DNA of 64,000 nucleotides from Dehalococcoidia bacterium (GCA_965232815.1 OZ247427.1:529970-593969); one strand, 5' to 3'. Shown: positions 1-8,809, counted from the stretch's first letter. A program made the numbers and translations. Notes: generated from the sequence alone by a model not told the origin.

Positions 1-2
1 TG

Positions 3-1064
3 CGGAACGTGATGGATCGAACCCGCCTGGTGGAAGGCAACAGCTATTTTGAAGCGGTGGCCCGAAACGAGGGGTTCTACTCCGAGGAGTTGATGGAACA
101 GTTGGCCGCGGTGGGGTCGTTGGAAGACCTGGAAGTGCCCAGTTGGGTCAAGCAGGTATTCCGGGTGTCGCACGACATCGACCCCCGCTGGCATGTCAAG
201 ATGCAGGGAGCGTTCCAGAAATACACCGACAACGCGGTGTCCAAGACCATCAATTTCCCACACGACGCGACGGTGGACGATGTCGCCGAAGCGTACCAAT
301 CGGCGTATGCGCTGGGCTGCAAGGGGATCACGGTGTACCGGGATGGCAGCAAGGCCGAGCAGGTATTGAGCACGGGCGCGACCGGGGAAACATCTGAAAC
401 CAACGGGTCCGCATCGGTGGTGGAGATCGAGGTCCCCGGGCCCCGGATTCCGCGGGAGCGACCTCGCCAGACCCAGGGCATTACGGAACGGGTCCGCACG
501 GGCCACGGGAACATGTACGTAACCGTGAACCTGGACGGCGACGGCAAACCGTTCGAGGTATTCGGAACGATGGGCAAGGCCGGCGGTTGCGACGCGGCGC
601 TCCTGGAAGCGGTATCGCGCCTGGTATCACTGGCGCTGCGCGCCGGGATCGACACCAGCGAAGTGACCCGGCAGTTGCGGGGCATCACGTGCTGTCCGGC
701 GTGGGACGACGGGACGCTGGTGCGTTCTGGTCCGGACGCCGTGGCCATCGTGCTGGACAACCTGACTGAAGGCTTGGGCGGCGAATCCGGCACGCCGGAC
801 GGGGTGCAGTTGACGCTGCCCTCAGGATTGCCCGGCTACGGCGGCGACGGGGTCGATGTGCGCGCCTTCCTGCCACCGGGGACCATCGTGGGAGGGACGC
901 CCGAGACCGGAAACGGGAATGGAAACGGCAACAGTAATGGGCATACCGTACCCCGAGCGGCCGAGTTGACCTATTCGCAAAGGTGCCCTGAATGCAACGG
1001 CGGAGTGGTGAACCAGGAGGGCTGCCTGACCTGCTATTCCTGCGGCTGGAATAAGTGCGAGTAG
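3..1064 (+). CDS. nrdJ: Class II (adenosylcobalamin-dependent) ribonucleotide reductase, C-terminal part (5' truncated by window)
   Basis: Motifs DNAVSKTINFP and KGITVYRDGS, then a TSCPD-like domain (GHGNMYVTVN..PFEVF..QLRGITC) and a C-terminal Cys-rich end (CPEC..EGCLTCYSCGWNKC). Frame is open from the window start. Confidence 0.92.
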   Translation, partial: RNVMDRTRLVEGNSYFEAVARNEGFYSEELMEQLAAVGSLEDLEVPSWVKQVFRVSHDIDPRWHVKMQGAFQKYTDNAVSKTINFPHDATVDDVAEAYQSAYALGCKGITVYRDGSKAEQVLSTGATGETSETNGSASVVEIEVPGPRIPRERPRQTQGITERVRTGHGNMYVTVNLDGDGKPFEVFGTMGKAGGCDAALLEAVSRLVSLALRAGIDTSEVTRQLRGITCCPAWDDGTLVRSGPDAVAIVLDNLTEGLGGESGTPDGVQLTLPSGLPGYGGDGVDVRAFLPPGTIVGGTPETGNGNGNGNSNGHTVPRAAELTYSQRCPECNGGVVNQEGCLTCYSCGWNKCE

Positions 1065-1096
1065 ACACCGGGCGAATTCCCTAGTGGTACGCACAT

Positions 1097-1185
1097 ATAA
1101 TTACCCCGCAAGGGCGAACCTGCGGGGTAATGTAGTGGACGCCCGGCCAAACCGGGGACTCCCACGACGGCTTTGTGAAGCCGCC
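1097..1185 (-). ncRNA. Candidate small RNA (~90 nt, three hairpins), unknown family
   Basis: Minus-strand promoter TTGACC-N18-CACAAT. Hairpins GGCGGCUU/AAGCCGUC and GUGGG..CCCGGU/GCCGGG..UCCAC, then a terminator-like stem. No plausible ORF. Confidence 0.45.
1100..1131. terminator. Strong hairpin, probable bidirectional terminator (nrdJ and candidate sRNA)
   Basis: Perfect 11-bp inverted repeat ATTACCCCGCA / TGCGGGGTAAT with AT-rich flanks. Confidence 0.6.
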
Positions 1186-1188
1186 GGT

Positions 1189-1218
1189 ATTGTGCCAGCG
1201 GTGTTGTCGTAGGGTCAA
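1189..1218 (-). promoter_or_regulatory. Putative sigma70-type promoter for the candidate sRNA
   Basis: -35 TTGACC (1218-1213), 18-nt spacer, TG-n-CACAAT -10 (1194-1189). Confidence 0.45.
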
Positions 1219-1276
1219 GAGAGGGGCGGTCAATCGCTGCCCTGTTTGGCAATTCTATGGGCAAAGGTGGTGTGCC

Positions 1277-1396
1277 ATGGCCAAAACGGCAAGCGGCACC
1301 AAGTCCGTACACGTTCGGTCGCACCGAAAACGTGACGGCACCGTAGTGCCAACACACAAACGGTCCACGCCGAAAACTTCCAAAGGAAGTCGGTAA
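1277..1396 (+). CDS. 39-aa highly basic small protein (MAKTASGTKSVHVRSHRKRDGTVVPTHKRSTPKTSKGSR)
   Basis: ATG preceded by AAAGGTGG RBS and followed by an intrinsic terminator. Carries a VRxHxxxDGTxVxxHxRSxP-type motif. Confidence 0.65.
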   Translation: MAKTASGTKSVHVRSHRKRDGTVVPTHKRSTPKTSKGSR

Positions 1397-1402
1397 AGGC
1401 CA

Positions 1403-1433
1403 GCCCCGCAGGCCGATTGGTCTGCGGGGTTTT
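1403..1433 (+). terminator. Rho-independent terminator after the small basic protein
   Basis: GCCCCGCAGGCC-GATT-GGTCTGCGGGGT stem-loop followed by TTT. Confidence 0.7.
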
Positions 1434-1647
1434 AAATTTCGATGACCTTACAAACCGGTATACATAGAGAGGCCTATCGTCATCCAAAATCAGAGCGTCG
1501 CCCCACAACAAGATTCGCTGAACCGAGTATGAGCGCTGTCGGGGAATTTACCTGTATTCTTGCCGTCGCAGGGATGACAGCGCATGATCAGGGACGTCGA
1601 ATCCTTAGTTTGCCAAATTTCGCGTGAGCAATGTTTAGAGGGCGCCG

Positions 1648-1656
1648 TGATATAAT
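1648..1656 (+). promoter_or_regulatory. Extended -10 promoter of the pdxA operon
   Basis: TGaTATAAT about 50 nt upstream of the pdxA ATG. Confidence 0.55.
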
Positions 1657-1704
1657 CCGCTACCATCGATTTGGAGTCGGCTCCCGCGATATCTGAGGCG
1701 CATC

Positions 1705-2748
1705 ATGACAGAAGCAAGCAGCAGCATTATCTCCCGCCCGGCTATCGCGATTACGATGGGCGACCCCTGCGGCATCGGGCCGGAGGTGGTAGTCAAGGCG
1801 TTGGCGGATCCGCGGATTTACGCCGCGTGCCGGCCGGTGGTGATCGGCAACGTGTACGCCATGGAGCAAGCGGCCAAGATGACCGGGCTGCCGCTGGGCA
1901 TCAACCACACCGACGACCCGACATCGGCGGGCGACAACCCCGCAGCCATCGATGTGGTGGACATCGGGAACCTGAACGTCGAGGACATCACAGTGGGTGA
2001 GATCAGTGTCCCGTGCGGCAAGGCGGCGATGGAGTGGGTGAGCAAGGCGGGCCAGTTGGCGATGGCCGGCGTGGTCGACGGGCTGGCGACGGCCCCGTTG
2101 AACAAGGAAGCGGCGGCGCTGGCGGGATACGAAGCCATCGGGCACATGGAATTGCTGCAGGAACTATCGGGCGCGAAGACCGTGGCGACGATGCTGATGG
2201 CCAAAAACTTGCGCGTGGTGCATCTGACCACCCACCGCTCGCTGAAAGTCGCGTGCGACTACGTGAGAAAAGACCGCATACTGGACTACCTGCGGCTGAC
2301 GGACCGGAGTTTCCGGCAATGGGGATTCGACAACCCACGGATCGGCGTCGCGGCGCTGAACCCGCATGGCAGCGATGGCGGACTGCTTGGCAATGAAGAA
2401 GCCGATGAGATCGCGCCGGCCGTGGGGCAAGCGCAGTTGGAAGGGATCAATGCCATCGGCCCGGTGCCGGCGGACATCATTTTCCACCAGGCGATCCAGG
2501 ACCGGTACGACGTGACGCTGTGCATGTACCACGACCAGGGCCATATCCCAGTCAAGGTGTATGGGTTTGAAGAGAGCATCACCGCCAACCTGGGGCTGCC
2601 ATTCATCCGTACATCGGTTGATCACGGGACGGCGTTCGACATCGCGGGCAAGAACCTGGCCGACCACACCTCGATGGTGGAGTCGATACGCATGGCCGTG
2701 GCCTTTGCCCGTGGCGACGGGCTGACCGACGGCTGGGGCGAGGAATAG
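1705..2748 (+). CDS. pdxA: 4-hydroxythreonine-4-phosphate dehydrogenase PdxA family
   Basis: Motifs TMGDPCGIGPEV, ALNPH, MYHDQGHIP and RTSVDHGTAFDIAGK. Confidence 0.93.
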   Translation: MTEASSSIISRPAIAITMGDPCGIGPEVVVKALADPRIYAACRPVVIGNVYAMEQAAKMTGLPLGINHTDDPTSAGDNPAAIDVVDIGNLNVEDITVGEISVPCGKAAMEWVSKAGQLAMAGVVDGLATAPLNKEAAALAGYEAIGHMELLQELSGAKTVATMLMAKNLRVVHLTTHRSLKVACDYVRKDRILDYLRLTDRSFRQWGFDNPRIGVAALNPHGSDGGLLGNEEADEIAPAVGQAQLEGINAIGPVPADIIFHQAIQDRYDVTLCMYHDQGHIPVKVYGFEESITANLGLPFIRTSVDHGTAFDIAGKNLADHTSMVESIRMAVAFARGDGLTDGWGEE

Positions 2749-2752
2749 CGCG

Positions 2753-3556
2753 ATGAACATCGGCTTTATCGGCGGCGGAACCATGGCCGAGGCGATCCTG
2801 GGGGGCATGCTGGACGGCGGGGTTGCCGCCTCCGGCGACGTGATGATTGGCGAGCCAGTACCTAGTCGGCGCGACTACCTGGCCGAGCGATACGGAGTCG
2901 GTGTTTCGGACTCCAACGAACCGGTGATTACAGCCTCTGACATGGTCGTGATGGCGGTCAAGCCACAGGATCTTCCGAAGGTTTACATGGATATCGGCGG
3001 CGGCTTCCGGGATGGACAATCGATCATGTCCATCGTGGCCGGCGCCAAGATGAAATCGCTGGCCGACGGTATGCGTCACGATGGCATCATCCGAGTGATG
3101 CCAAATACGCCGGCGCAGATCGGTCAGGGCATGACGATGTGGACGTGCGCGTCGTCGGTGAGCGCGGCCCACCGAGATACAACGTCGGCCATCCTGTCCA
3201 CCATTGGCGATGAAATCTACGTCGACGACGAGAAATACATGGACATGGCGACTGCGCTGAGCGCCAGCGGTCCGGCGTACGTGTTCATGATTCTGGAAGC
3301 GATGATCGACGCGGGCGTGTACGTCGGCCTGCCCCGGGACGTGGCGCGGCGACTGGCCCTGCAAACCGTCAAGGGCAGCACAGAGCTGGTGGTGCAGACA
3401 GGCCGGCATCCCGCGGAACTGAAAGACATGGTGACGTCCCCGGGCGGAACGACGGCCGAGGGACTGCAGGCGCTGGAGCGCGCCGGCGTGCCGGCGGCCG
3501 TGGTCGACGCCGTAAACGCCGCCTACCTGAAATCCATAAGGCTGGGGCAGGACTAA
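2753..3556 (+). CDS. proC: Pyrroline-5-carboxylate reductase
   Basis: GFIGGGTM Rossmann motif, AVKPQ, RVMPNTP, SGPAY, VTSPGGTT. Confidence 0.95.
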   Translation: MNIGFIGGGTMAEAILGGMLDGGVAASGDVMIGEPVPSRRDYLAERYGVGVSDSNEPVITASDMVVMAVKPQDLPKVYMDIGGGFRDGQSIMSIVAGAKMKSLADGMRHDGIIRVMPNTPAQIGQGMTMWTCASSVSAAHRDTTSAILSTIGDEIYVDDEKYMDMATALSASGPAYVFMILEAMIDAGVYVGLPRDVARRLALQTVKGSTELVVQTGRHPAELKDMVTSPGGTTAEGLQALERAGVPAAVVDAVNAAYLKSIRLGQD

Positions 3557-3582
3557 CCACACGTTCGACCCTCGGAGCAGTC

Positions 3583-3855
3583 ATGCTACAACTCCTCAGC
3601 CTCATCATCACGCTGTGCTACCTGCTTCTGCTGGCCAGGATCATTCTGGGTTTCGTAGTACAGTACATGACGATGCAGGGCAACTCTGCACCCGACGTGT
3701 TGATCAGGGTGTACGAGGTGGTATTCGGCATCACGGAACCGGTGCTGGGACCGATAAGACGAATGCTGCCACAGACGGGGATGATCGACTTCAGCCCGTT
3801 GGTGGTGATGGTTATCCTGGTGGTCATTCAGTACGCGCTCAGAGCGTTGTTATAA
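3583..3855 (+). CDS. yggT: YggT family membrane protein
   Basis: TEPVLGPIRR..P..G.IDFSP motif; follows proC. Confidence 0.88.
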   Translation: MLQLLSLIITLCYLLLLARIILGFVVQYMTMQGNSAPDVLIRVYEVVFGITEPVLGPIRRMLPQTGMIDFSPLVVMVILVVIQYALRALL

Positions 3856-3901
3856 CGAGCGCGGCACGTACCTGACCCGGTGCGCGCATTAGTCCGGCAA
3901 G

Positions 3902-4537
3902 ATGCCACGGCCTCGCGGAAAGTTCTGGACGGCCGGTGGCCTGCGCCCCGGGGATCTCTCGTTCCTGCGGTCGGTTTACGCGGACGGCCTGCCGGAGCGG
4001 TCTGAGTCGCCCCGCCTGGTAGTGCTGTGCGGACTGCCGGGCACCGGCAAATCGCACTTCGCCAGAAAACTGACCTCCCGGGCGCCGTTCGTATGGTTGA
4101 GCAGCGACCGTACGCGGAAACTGCTGGTGGCACACCCGGCTTACAGCCGGCGGGAGCACCGCCGGGTATTCGCGGCGATGCACGTATTGACCCGGGGGTA
4201 TTTGCTTGAAGGCTACTCGGTGGTGTTCGACGCCACCAACCTGAACGAAGGGGTTCGGGCTCCGCTCTACTCGGTGGCGGAGGAAGTCGGAGTGGAACCG
4301 CTCATCATTCGGTTCACGGCACACCCCGACCTCGTGTGGGAGCGTATGGCCGAAAGGGCCGACGGGACGGCAGACGCCGCCCAGAGCGATGCCGGTTGGG
4401 ACGTGTATTCCCGGATGGCCGTGGCGGACCAGGCGGTGCCACGACCGCACATCCTGGTGCAGGGGCCGGAGGATGTGGAGGAAGTTATGACTGCGGTTTT
4501 GAGGGGAACGGGCTGGAATCCTGTTGTGTCGGAGTAA
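3902..4537 (+). CDS. P-loop kinase / AAA_33-type ATP-binding protein
   Basis: Walker A CGLPGTGKS, SSDRTRK, VVFDATN, DAAQSDA motifs. Confidence 0.8.
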   Translation: MPRPRGKFWTAGGLRPGDLSFLRSVYADGLPERSESPRLVVLCGLPGTGKSHFARKLTSRAPFVWLSSDRTRKLLVAHPAYSRREHRRVFAAMHVLTRGYLLEGYSVVFDATNLNEGVRAPLYSVAEEVGVEPLIIRFTAHPDLVWERMAERADGTADAAQSDAGWDVYSRMAVADQAVPRPHILVQGPEDVEEVMTAVLRGTGWNPVVSE

Positions 4538-4599
4538 GCGCGGCGGCATAATCTGGCAGCAATCGGGCAAAACATGCCCAGCCTTGACGGGGGAGAGTT

Positions 4600-6132
4600 A
4601 TGCCAACCACGGTGAAAGTTGCAGCCGGGGACGCCACCGATTTCGCCACGCCGGCATTGGTGGTCAACCTGTTCGAGGGAGTCACGCAACCGGGTGGCGC
4701 GACGGGCGCCGTGGACCGGGCGCTGTATGGAGCAATTTCGTCGCTCATAGCGGACGGCGAGATCAAGGGCAAGCTCGGCGAGTTGACGCTGGTGCACACG
4801 CTGGGTCGGATACCGGCAGCGCGGGTGATAGTGGCCGGCCTGGGCAAGGCTGCCGACTTCGACACCGGGAGCGTCCGGCGGGTCAGCGGGGACGTGGCGA
4901 GGTTCCTGAGGCGCAAGGGCGTCACCGAGTACGCCACCATCGCCCACGGCGCCGGCATCGGCGGGCTGGATACCGGAGCGAGCGCACAAGCCATCGCGGA
5001 AGGCACGCTACTGGGCCTGTACAGATTCGACACCTACCGCAGCAACGGCAGCCGTGATGGCGAGGGTGAGGCTGGTAACGGAATCGACGCGGTTACGATT
5101 GTGGAGCGGGACGCCGGTCACATTGACGCCCTGGCATCGGGAGCCACCATCGGGACGACGCTGGCGGAGTCCACCATGCTGGCGCGGGACCTGGTGAACC
5201 ATCCGGCCAATGTGATGACCCCGACCAGGATGGCGGAAACGGCACGCCAGGTTGCCGAGGCCGTCGGCCTGGACCTGGACGTCATGGACAGTGACCGCAT
5301 GGCGCAGCACGGCATGGGCGCGTTTCTGGGCGTGGCGCAGGGCAGCGAGGAACCGCCGAAGCTGATCATCCTGACGTATCGCGGCGACCCGGACAACCCC
5401 CACAACAACCTGGGACTGGTGGGCAAGGGAATCACGTTCGACACGGGCGGCATCTCGCTGAAACCAGCCGCCAACATGGAGGCGATGAAGGGCGACATGG
5501 CCGGCGGGGCATCGGTGATTGCCGCGATGCGGGCCATCGGGACGCTCAAACCCAAGATCAACGTTACCGGACTGATCGCCGCCACCGAGAACATGCCGGG
5601 CGGGCGAGCCCAGAGACCCGGCGACGTGGTGACGGCCATGAACGGCAAGACAATCGAGGTAATCAACACCGACGCGGAAGGCCGTCTGGTGCTGGCGGAT
5701 GCAATGTGTTACGCCCGCAGCCTGGGAATCACTCGAATGGTGGACGTGGCAACGCTCACCGGGGCGATGGTGGTGACGCTGGGCAAGGCGTGCACTGGAA
5801 TGATGGGCAACTCGTCGGAGTTGGCGAAGCAGGTCAGCAAGGCCGGGGACGGCAGCGGCGAGAGGTTCTGGGAACTGCCCATGCTGGAGGACTACCGCGA
5901 TTTGATCCGGTCGGACGTGGCGGACATGAAGAACTCGGGAGGGCGGCAGGCCGGTTCCATCACGGCGGCGATGCTGCTTCGGGAGTTCGCGGAGGACGCG
6001 GATTGGGTCCACCTGGACATCGCCGGCACATCCACGGCGTCGAGCGCCAAGGGCCACCTGGTGAAGGGCGCAACGGGGGTGCCCACGCGTACGCTGGCAC
6101 AGTTGGCGATGAACCTGGCGAACGGGGGCTGA
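4600..6132 (+). CDS. pepA: Leucyl aminopeptidase (M17)
   Basis: VGKGITFDTGG, MKGDMAGG, NTDAEGRLVLAD, WVHLDIAGT. Confidence 0.95.
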   Translation: MPTTVKVAAGDATDFATPALVVNLFEGVTQPGGATGAVDRALYGAISSLIADGEIKGKLGELTLVHTLGRIPAARVIVAGLGKAADFDTGSVRRVSGDVARFLRRKGVTEYATIAHGAGIGGLDTGASAQAIAEGTLLGLYRFDTYRSNGSRDGEGEAGNGIDAVTIVERDAGHIDALASGATIGTTLAESTMLARDLVNHPANVMTPTRMAETARQVAEAVGLDLDVMDSDRMAQHGMGAFLGVAQGSEEPPKLIILTYRGDPDNPHNNLGLVGKGITFDTGGISLKPAANMEAMKGDMAGGASVIAAMRAIGTLKPKINVTGLIAATENMPGGRAQRPGDVVTAMNGKTIEVINTDAEGRLVLADAMCYARSLGITRMVDVATLTGAMVVTLGKACTGMMGNSSELAKQVSKAGDGSGERFWELPMLEDYRDLIRSDVADMKNSGGRQAGSITAAMLLREFAEDADWVHLDIAGTSTASSAKGHLVKGATGVPTRTLAQLAMNLANGG

Positions 6133-6197
6133 TGCGAGGGGGGTCGATCGTCCCAACGCTCCGTCCATTGTGCCCGGTATGGTTGCTTACTGACCAG

Positions 6198-6230
6198 CCG
6201 CTCGTGGTTCGACAGGCTCACCACGAGCGG
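6198..6230. repeat. Extragenic palindrome (REP-like) between convergent pepA and dehydrogenase genes
   Basis: CCGCTCGTGGT-tcgacaggctc-ACCACGAGCGG, perfect 11-bp stem. Confidence 0.65.
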
Positions 6231-6283
6231 ACTGCATCGTCACCGGAAACTAACCGATAGGCTGTGGAACTGATGAAGCGCCG

Positions 6284-7564
6284 CTAAACGAACCCGCGCA
6301 GCTTCACAACGTTCGCCACCCGCTCCACACCGATTTCAAACGCGGCTTCACGGTAAGTGATGCCGTCGGCATGGGCTTTCTGACGGACTGAGTCGTAGGC
6401 GGTGACCATCACCTTGCGGAGTTCCTCGTTGACGCGAGACTCTTCCCAATGGAACTCCTGGAGGTTCTGCGTCCATTCGAAATACGAGACGGTGACGCCG
6501 CCGCCGTTGACGAGGATGTCGGGCAGGACGGGGATCCGGCGGTCGTTGAGGATGGCGTCGGCGTCGATGGTGATGGGGTGGTTGGCGGCCTCCAGGATCA
6601 CGTTGGCCCGGATCCTGGGGGCGTTTTCCGCATGGATCACGTTGTCGATGGCGGCGGGAACCAGAACATCGCAGGGCAGTTCGAGCATTTCCTCGTTGGA
6701 GACGCAATCGCCCTCGGTGCAGTCGGCGATCGTGCCGTTGCGGTCGCGGTATTTCACCAACCTGCCGACATCAAGGCCGGACGGGTTATACACGCCGCCG
6801 TTGACATCGCTGACGGCGATTATCTTGCAGCCCATCTGGTCCAGACTGTGAGCGGCCCAGTATCCCACGTTGCCGAATCCCTGGATGACTATGCCCGCCG
6901 ACCTGGGATCCATCTCCAGGTCCTCGGCGGCTTCCCTCAGGATTATGGATACGCCGCGACCGGTGGCCGCTTCGCGGCCCAGTGAACCTCCCAACTCGAC
7001 TGGTTTGCCCGTCACGATGGCCGGCGAATGGCCGTGAATCTGCCCGTAGGCATCCATCATCCAGGCCATCACTTGGGCGTTGGTTCCCAGGTCTGGAGCC
7101 GGGATGTCCCGGTGAGGGGACAGGAGGTGCTCGATGTTCGCGGTGTAACGCCGGGTGAGGCGGTTGAGTTCACCCTCACTGAGGCGGGTGGGATCGCACT
7201 GAACGCCTCCCTTGGCTCCGCCGAACGGGAGATTCAGGAGGGCATTTTTCCAGGTCATCAGGGACGCGAGCGAACGGACTTCGTCCAGGTCGGCCAGCGG
7301 GTGATAGCGGACGCCGCCCTTGTAGGGGCCGCGGGCTCCATTGTGCTGGACCCGATAGCCGCTGAAAACCTCGATTCTGCCATCGTCCATGCGCACCGGC
7401 ACCTGGACTCCGAGTTCGCGCCAGGTGCGGCGGAGCATCTCGCGCAAGCCGTCGGCGAGGTTGAGGCGGTCGGCGGCCCGATCGACGAAATAGTTGACCT
7501 CTTCAAATGGGGTCAGTGATCGGTTCGCAAATGGGGTCGGTGGTCGGCTGGTTATCGTAGCCAT
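6284..7564 (-). CDS. Glu/Leu/Phe/Val dehydrogenase (glutamate dehydrogenase-like)
   Basis: RGPYKGGVRYHP, GGAKGG, DIPAPD, ATGRG, QGFGNVG, NGGGVTVSYFEW. Confidence 0.93.
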   Translation of the reverse strand: MATITSRPPTPFANRSLTPFEEVNYFVDRAADRLNLADGLREMLRRTWRELGVQVPVRMDDGRIEVFSGYRVQHNGARGPYKGGVRYHPLADLDEVRSLASLMTWKNALLNLPFGGAKGGVQCDPTRLSEGELNRLTRRYTANIEHLLSPHRDIPAPDLGTNAQVMAWMMDAYGQIHGHSPAIVTGKPVELGGSLGREAATGRGVSIILREAAEDLEMDPRSAGIVIQGFGNVGYWAAHSLDQMGCKIIAVSDVNGGVYNPSGLDVGRLVKYRDRNGTIADCTEGDCVSNEEMLELPCDVLVPAAIDNVIHAENAPRIRANVILEAANHPITIDADAILNDRRIPVLPDILVNGGGVTVSYFEWTQNLQEFHWEESRVNEELRKVMVTAYDSVRQKAHADGITYREAAFEIGVERVANVVKLRGFV

Positions 7565-7707
7565 GATTATTCTCCCGATGCTGATTTATAATTATGCGCA
7601 CTATGCTATGTATTCCATTATAACCCGACCCTCGCGAAGCCTTTCAGATCGTCGGGCACCGGCCCCGTGAGCGCGCGACGAAGGGTCGGATCACAGAGCT
7701 TAAACCG

Positions 7708-7735
7708 GTAGGGGCGAATGATTATTCGCCCCTAC
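7708..7735. repeat. GTAG-type REP palindrome, copy 1
   Basis: GTAGGGGCGAAT-GATT-ATTCGCCCCTAC; related copies at 29699 and 56719. Confidence 0.8.
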
Positions 7736-7764
7736 GCTTCGTGATTGACGATGACAACGTCCAA

Positions 7765-8307
7765 CTACGTGGCGGCGGCGGTTTCCAGAGCGGCCGCGGG
7801 CAGGTCGCGGAGGTCGGGGCCGTCCAGCTTGCGGCCCTGTACGCCCATCAGGCGCAGCGGACGTCCGGGCTTGGTGATGCTGATGCGGTCGAGGAGGTCC
7901 TGCCAGGCGGCCAGGTAGTCGCACGTGCCGCCGCCGTTGGGATCGTCTCCGCCTTCGATACTCTCGCCCGACGGCAGCTGCACCGCGATCACGGAGGCAG
8001 GGTCGGCCGCGGGCGCCAGCATCAACACCGGGAGGTCAGACTCGGTCAGGCCGGTTTGGTCCAACAGGCTGCGCACCGTGGACGAGATCCCGTGCATGCC
8101 GAAAATCACGAGGTGGGCGAAGCTGGCGTCGCGCTGTTCGAACTCTTTCCGGTACCGACGGAAGATTTCGTGGGAGCCGATGGCCTGCGGTTTTACCAGG
8201 AAAAGGGCCATCGCCGGAAACTCGCCATCGATGATGGCAGTGTCCCGCAGGTCGTCCCGCCAACGGAGGAGCTTGTCGTGGTCGTGGTCGTCGTAGTGGT
8301 GGGACAT
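7765..8307 (-). CDS. Hypothetical protein with His/Asp-rich N-terminus
   Basis: GGAGGT RBS before ATG at 8307; codon usage like neighbours; directly follows the upstream VOC gene. Confidence 0.7.
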   Translation of the reverse strand: MSHHYDDHDHDKLLRWRDDLRDTAIIDGEFPAMALFLVKPQAIGSHEIFRRYRKEFEQRDASFAHLVIFGMHGISSTVRSLLDQTGLTESDLPVLMLAPAADPASVIAVQLPSGESIEGGDDPNGGGTCDYLAAWQDLLDRISITKPGRPLRLMGVQGRKLDGPDLRDLPAAALETAAAT

Positions 8308-8313
8308 GATCAA

Positions 8314-8781
8314 CTAACCTCCCTGGTGCGCTTCCAACAGTTTTTGCATATCCAGCTTTTTCATGGGCAGCATCACTTCCATGACCCGGTTGGCGTTGGG
8401 GCCGTTCATCAGCCAGGCAGGGAGATCGGTCGGGATGATCTGCCACGTGACGCCGTAACGATCCTTGAGCCACCCACATTGGATCTCGGTTCCGCCAGCG
8501 GTGAGGTTATCCCACAGGTGGTCGATCTCTCCCTGGGAATCGCAGGAGACCATTAAGGAGATGGCTTCAGTGAACTCGATAGCGGGAATGCCATCAAAGG
8601 CGACAAACTGGACGCCGCCCAGCTCGAACGCCACCGTGGAGCTGCCCGCCGCCGGCCCGTCAACATAAGTTTCGCTGGAGACGATGCGCGAGTTCTGAAA
8701 GATCGAAACGTAGAACTCCGCGGCCTCGCGAGCGGTGCCGTCCAGCCAGAGGAACGGGGTGATTTTCTGTATCGCAGCCAA
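8314..8781 (-). CDS. VOC family protein, PhnB / 3-demethylubiquinone-9 3-methyltransferase-like
   Basis: KITPFLW..A.EAAEFY.SIF, FTEAISL, CGWLKDRYGVTWQI. TTG start. Confidence 0.88.
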   Translation of the reverse strand: MAAIQKITPFLWLDGTAREAAEFYVSIFQNSRIVSSETYVDGPAAGSSTVAFELGGVQFVAFDGIPAIEFTEAISLMVSCDSQGEIDHLWDNLTAGGTEIQCGWLKDRYGVTWQIIPTDLPAWLMNGPNANRVMEVMLPMKKLDMQKLLEAHQGG

Positions 8782-8809
8782 GACTCGACCCGATGGTCAC
8801 AGATACGGG

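Noticed and set aside
905-945. GNGNGNGNSNG repeat in nrdJ
   Set aside because: Low-complexity linker before the C-terminal Cys domain with varied codons; not a DNA repeat array or an intein.
1065-1220. Possible cobalamin riboswitch or tRNA next to nrdJ
   Set aside because: It is downstream of nrdJ, lacks B12-box motifs, and has no cloverleaf or TTCGA T-loop.
1442-1627. 61-aa plus-strand ORF and short minus-strand ORFs upstream of pdxA
   Set aside because: No RBS, atypical codons and no motif; left as unexplained intergenic DNA.
7586-7602. AATTAT(AT)GCGCA-like word also near 23189 and 1090
   Set aside because: Short AT-rich similarity with inconsistent position and orientation; not enough to call a regulator site.
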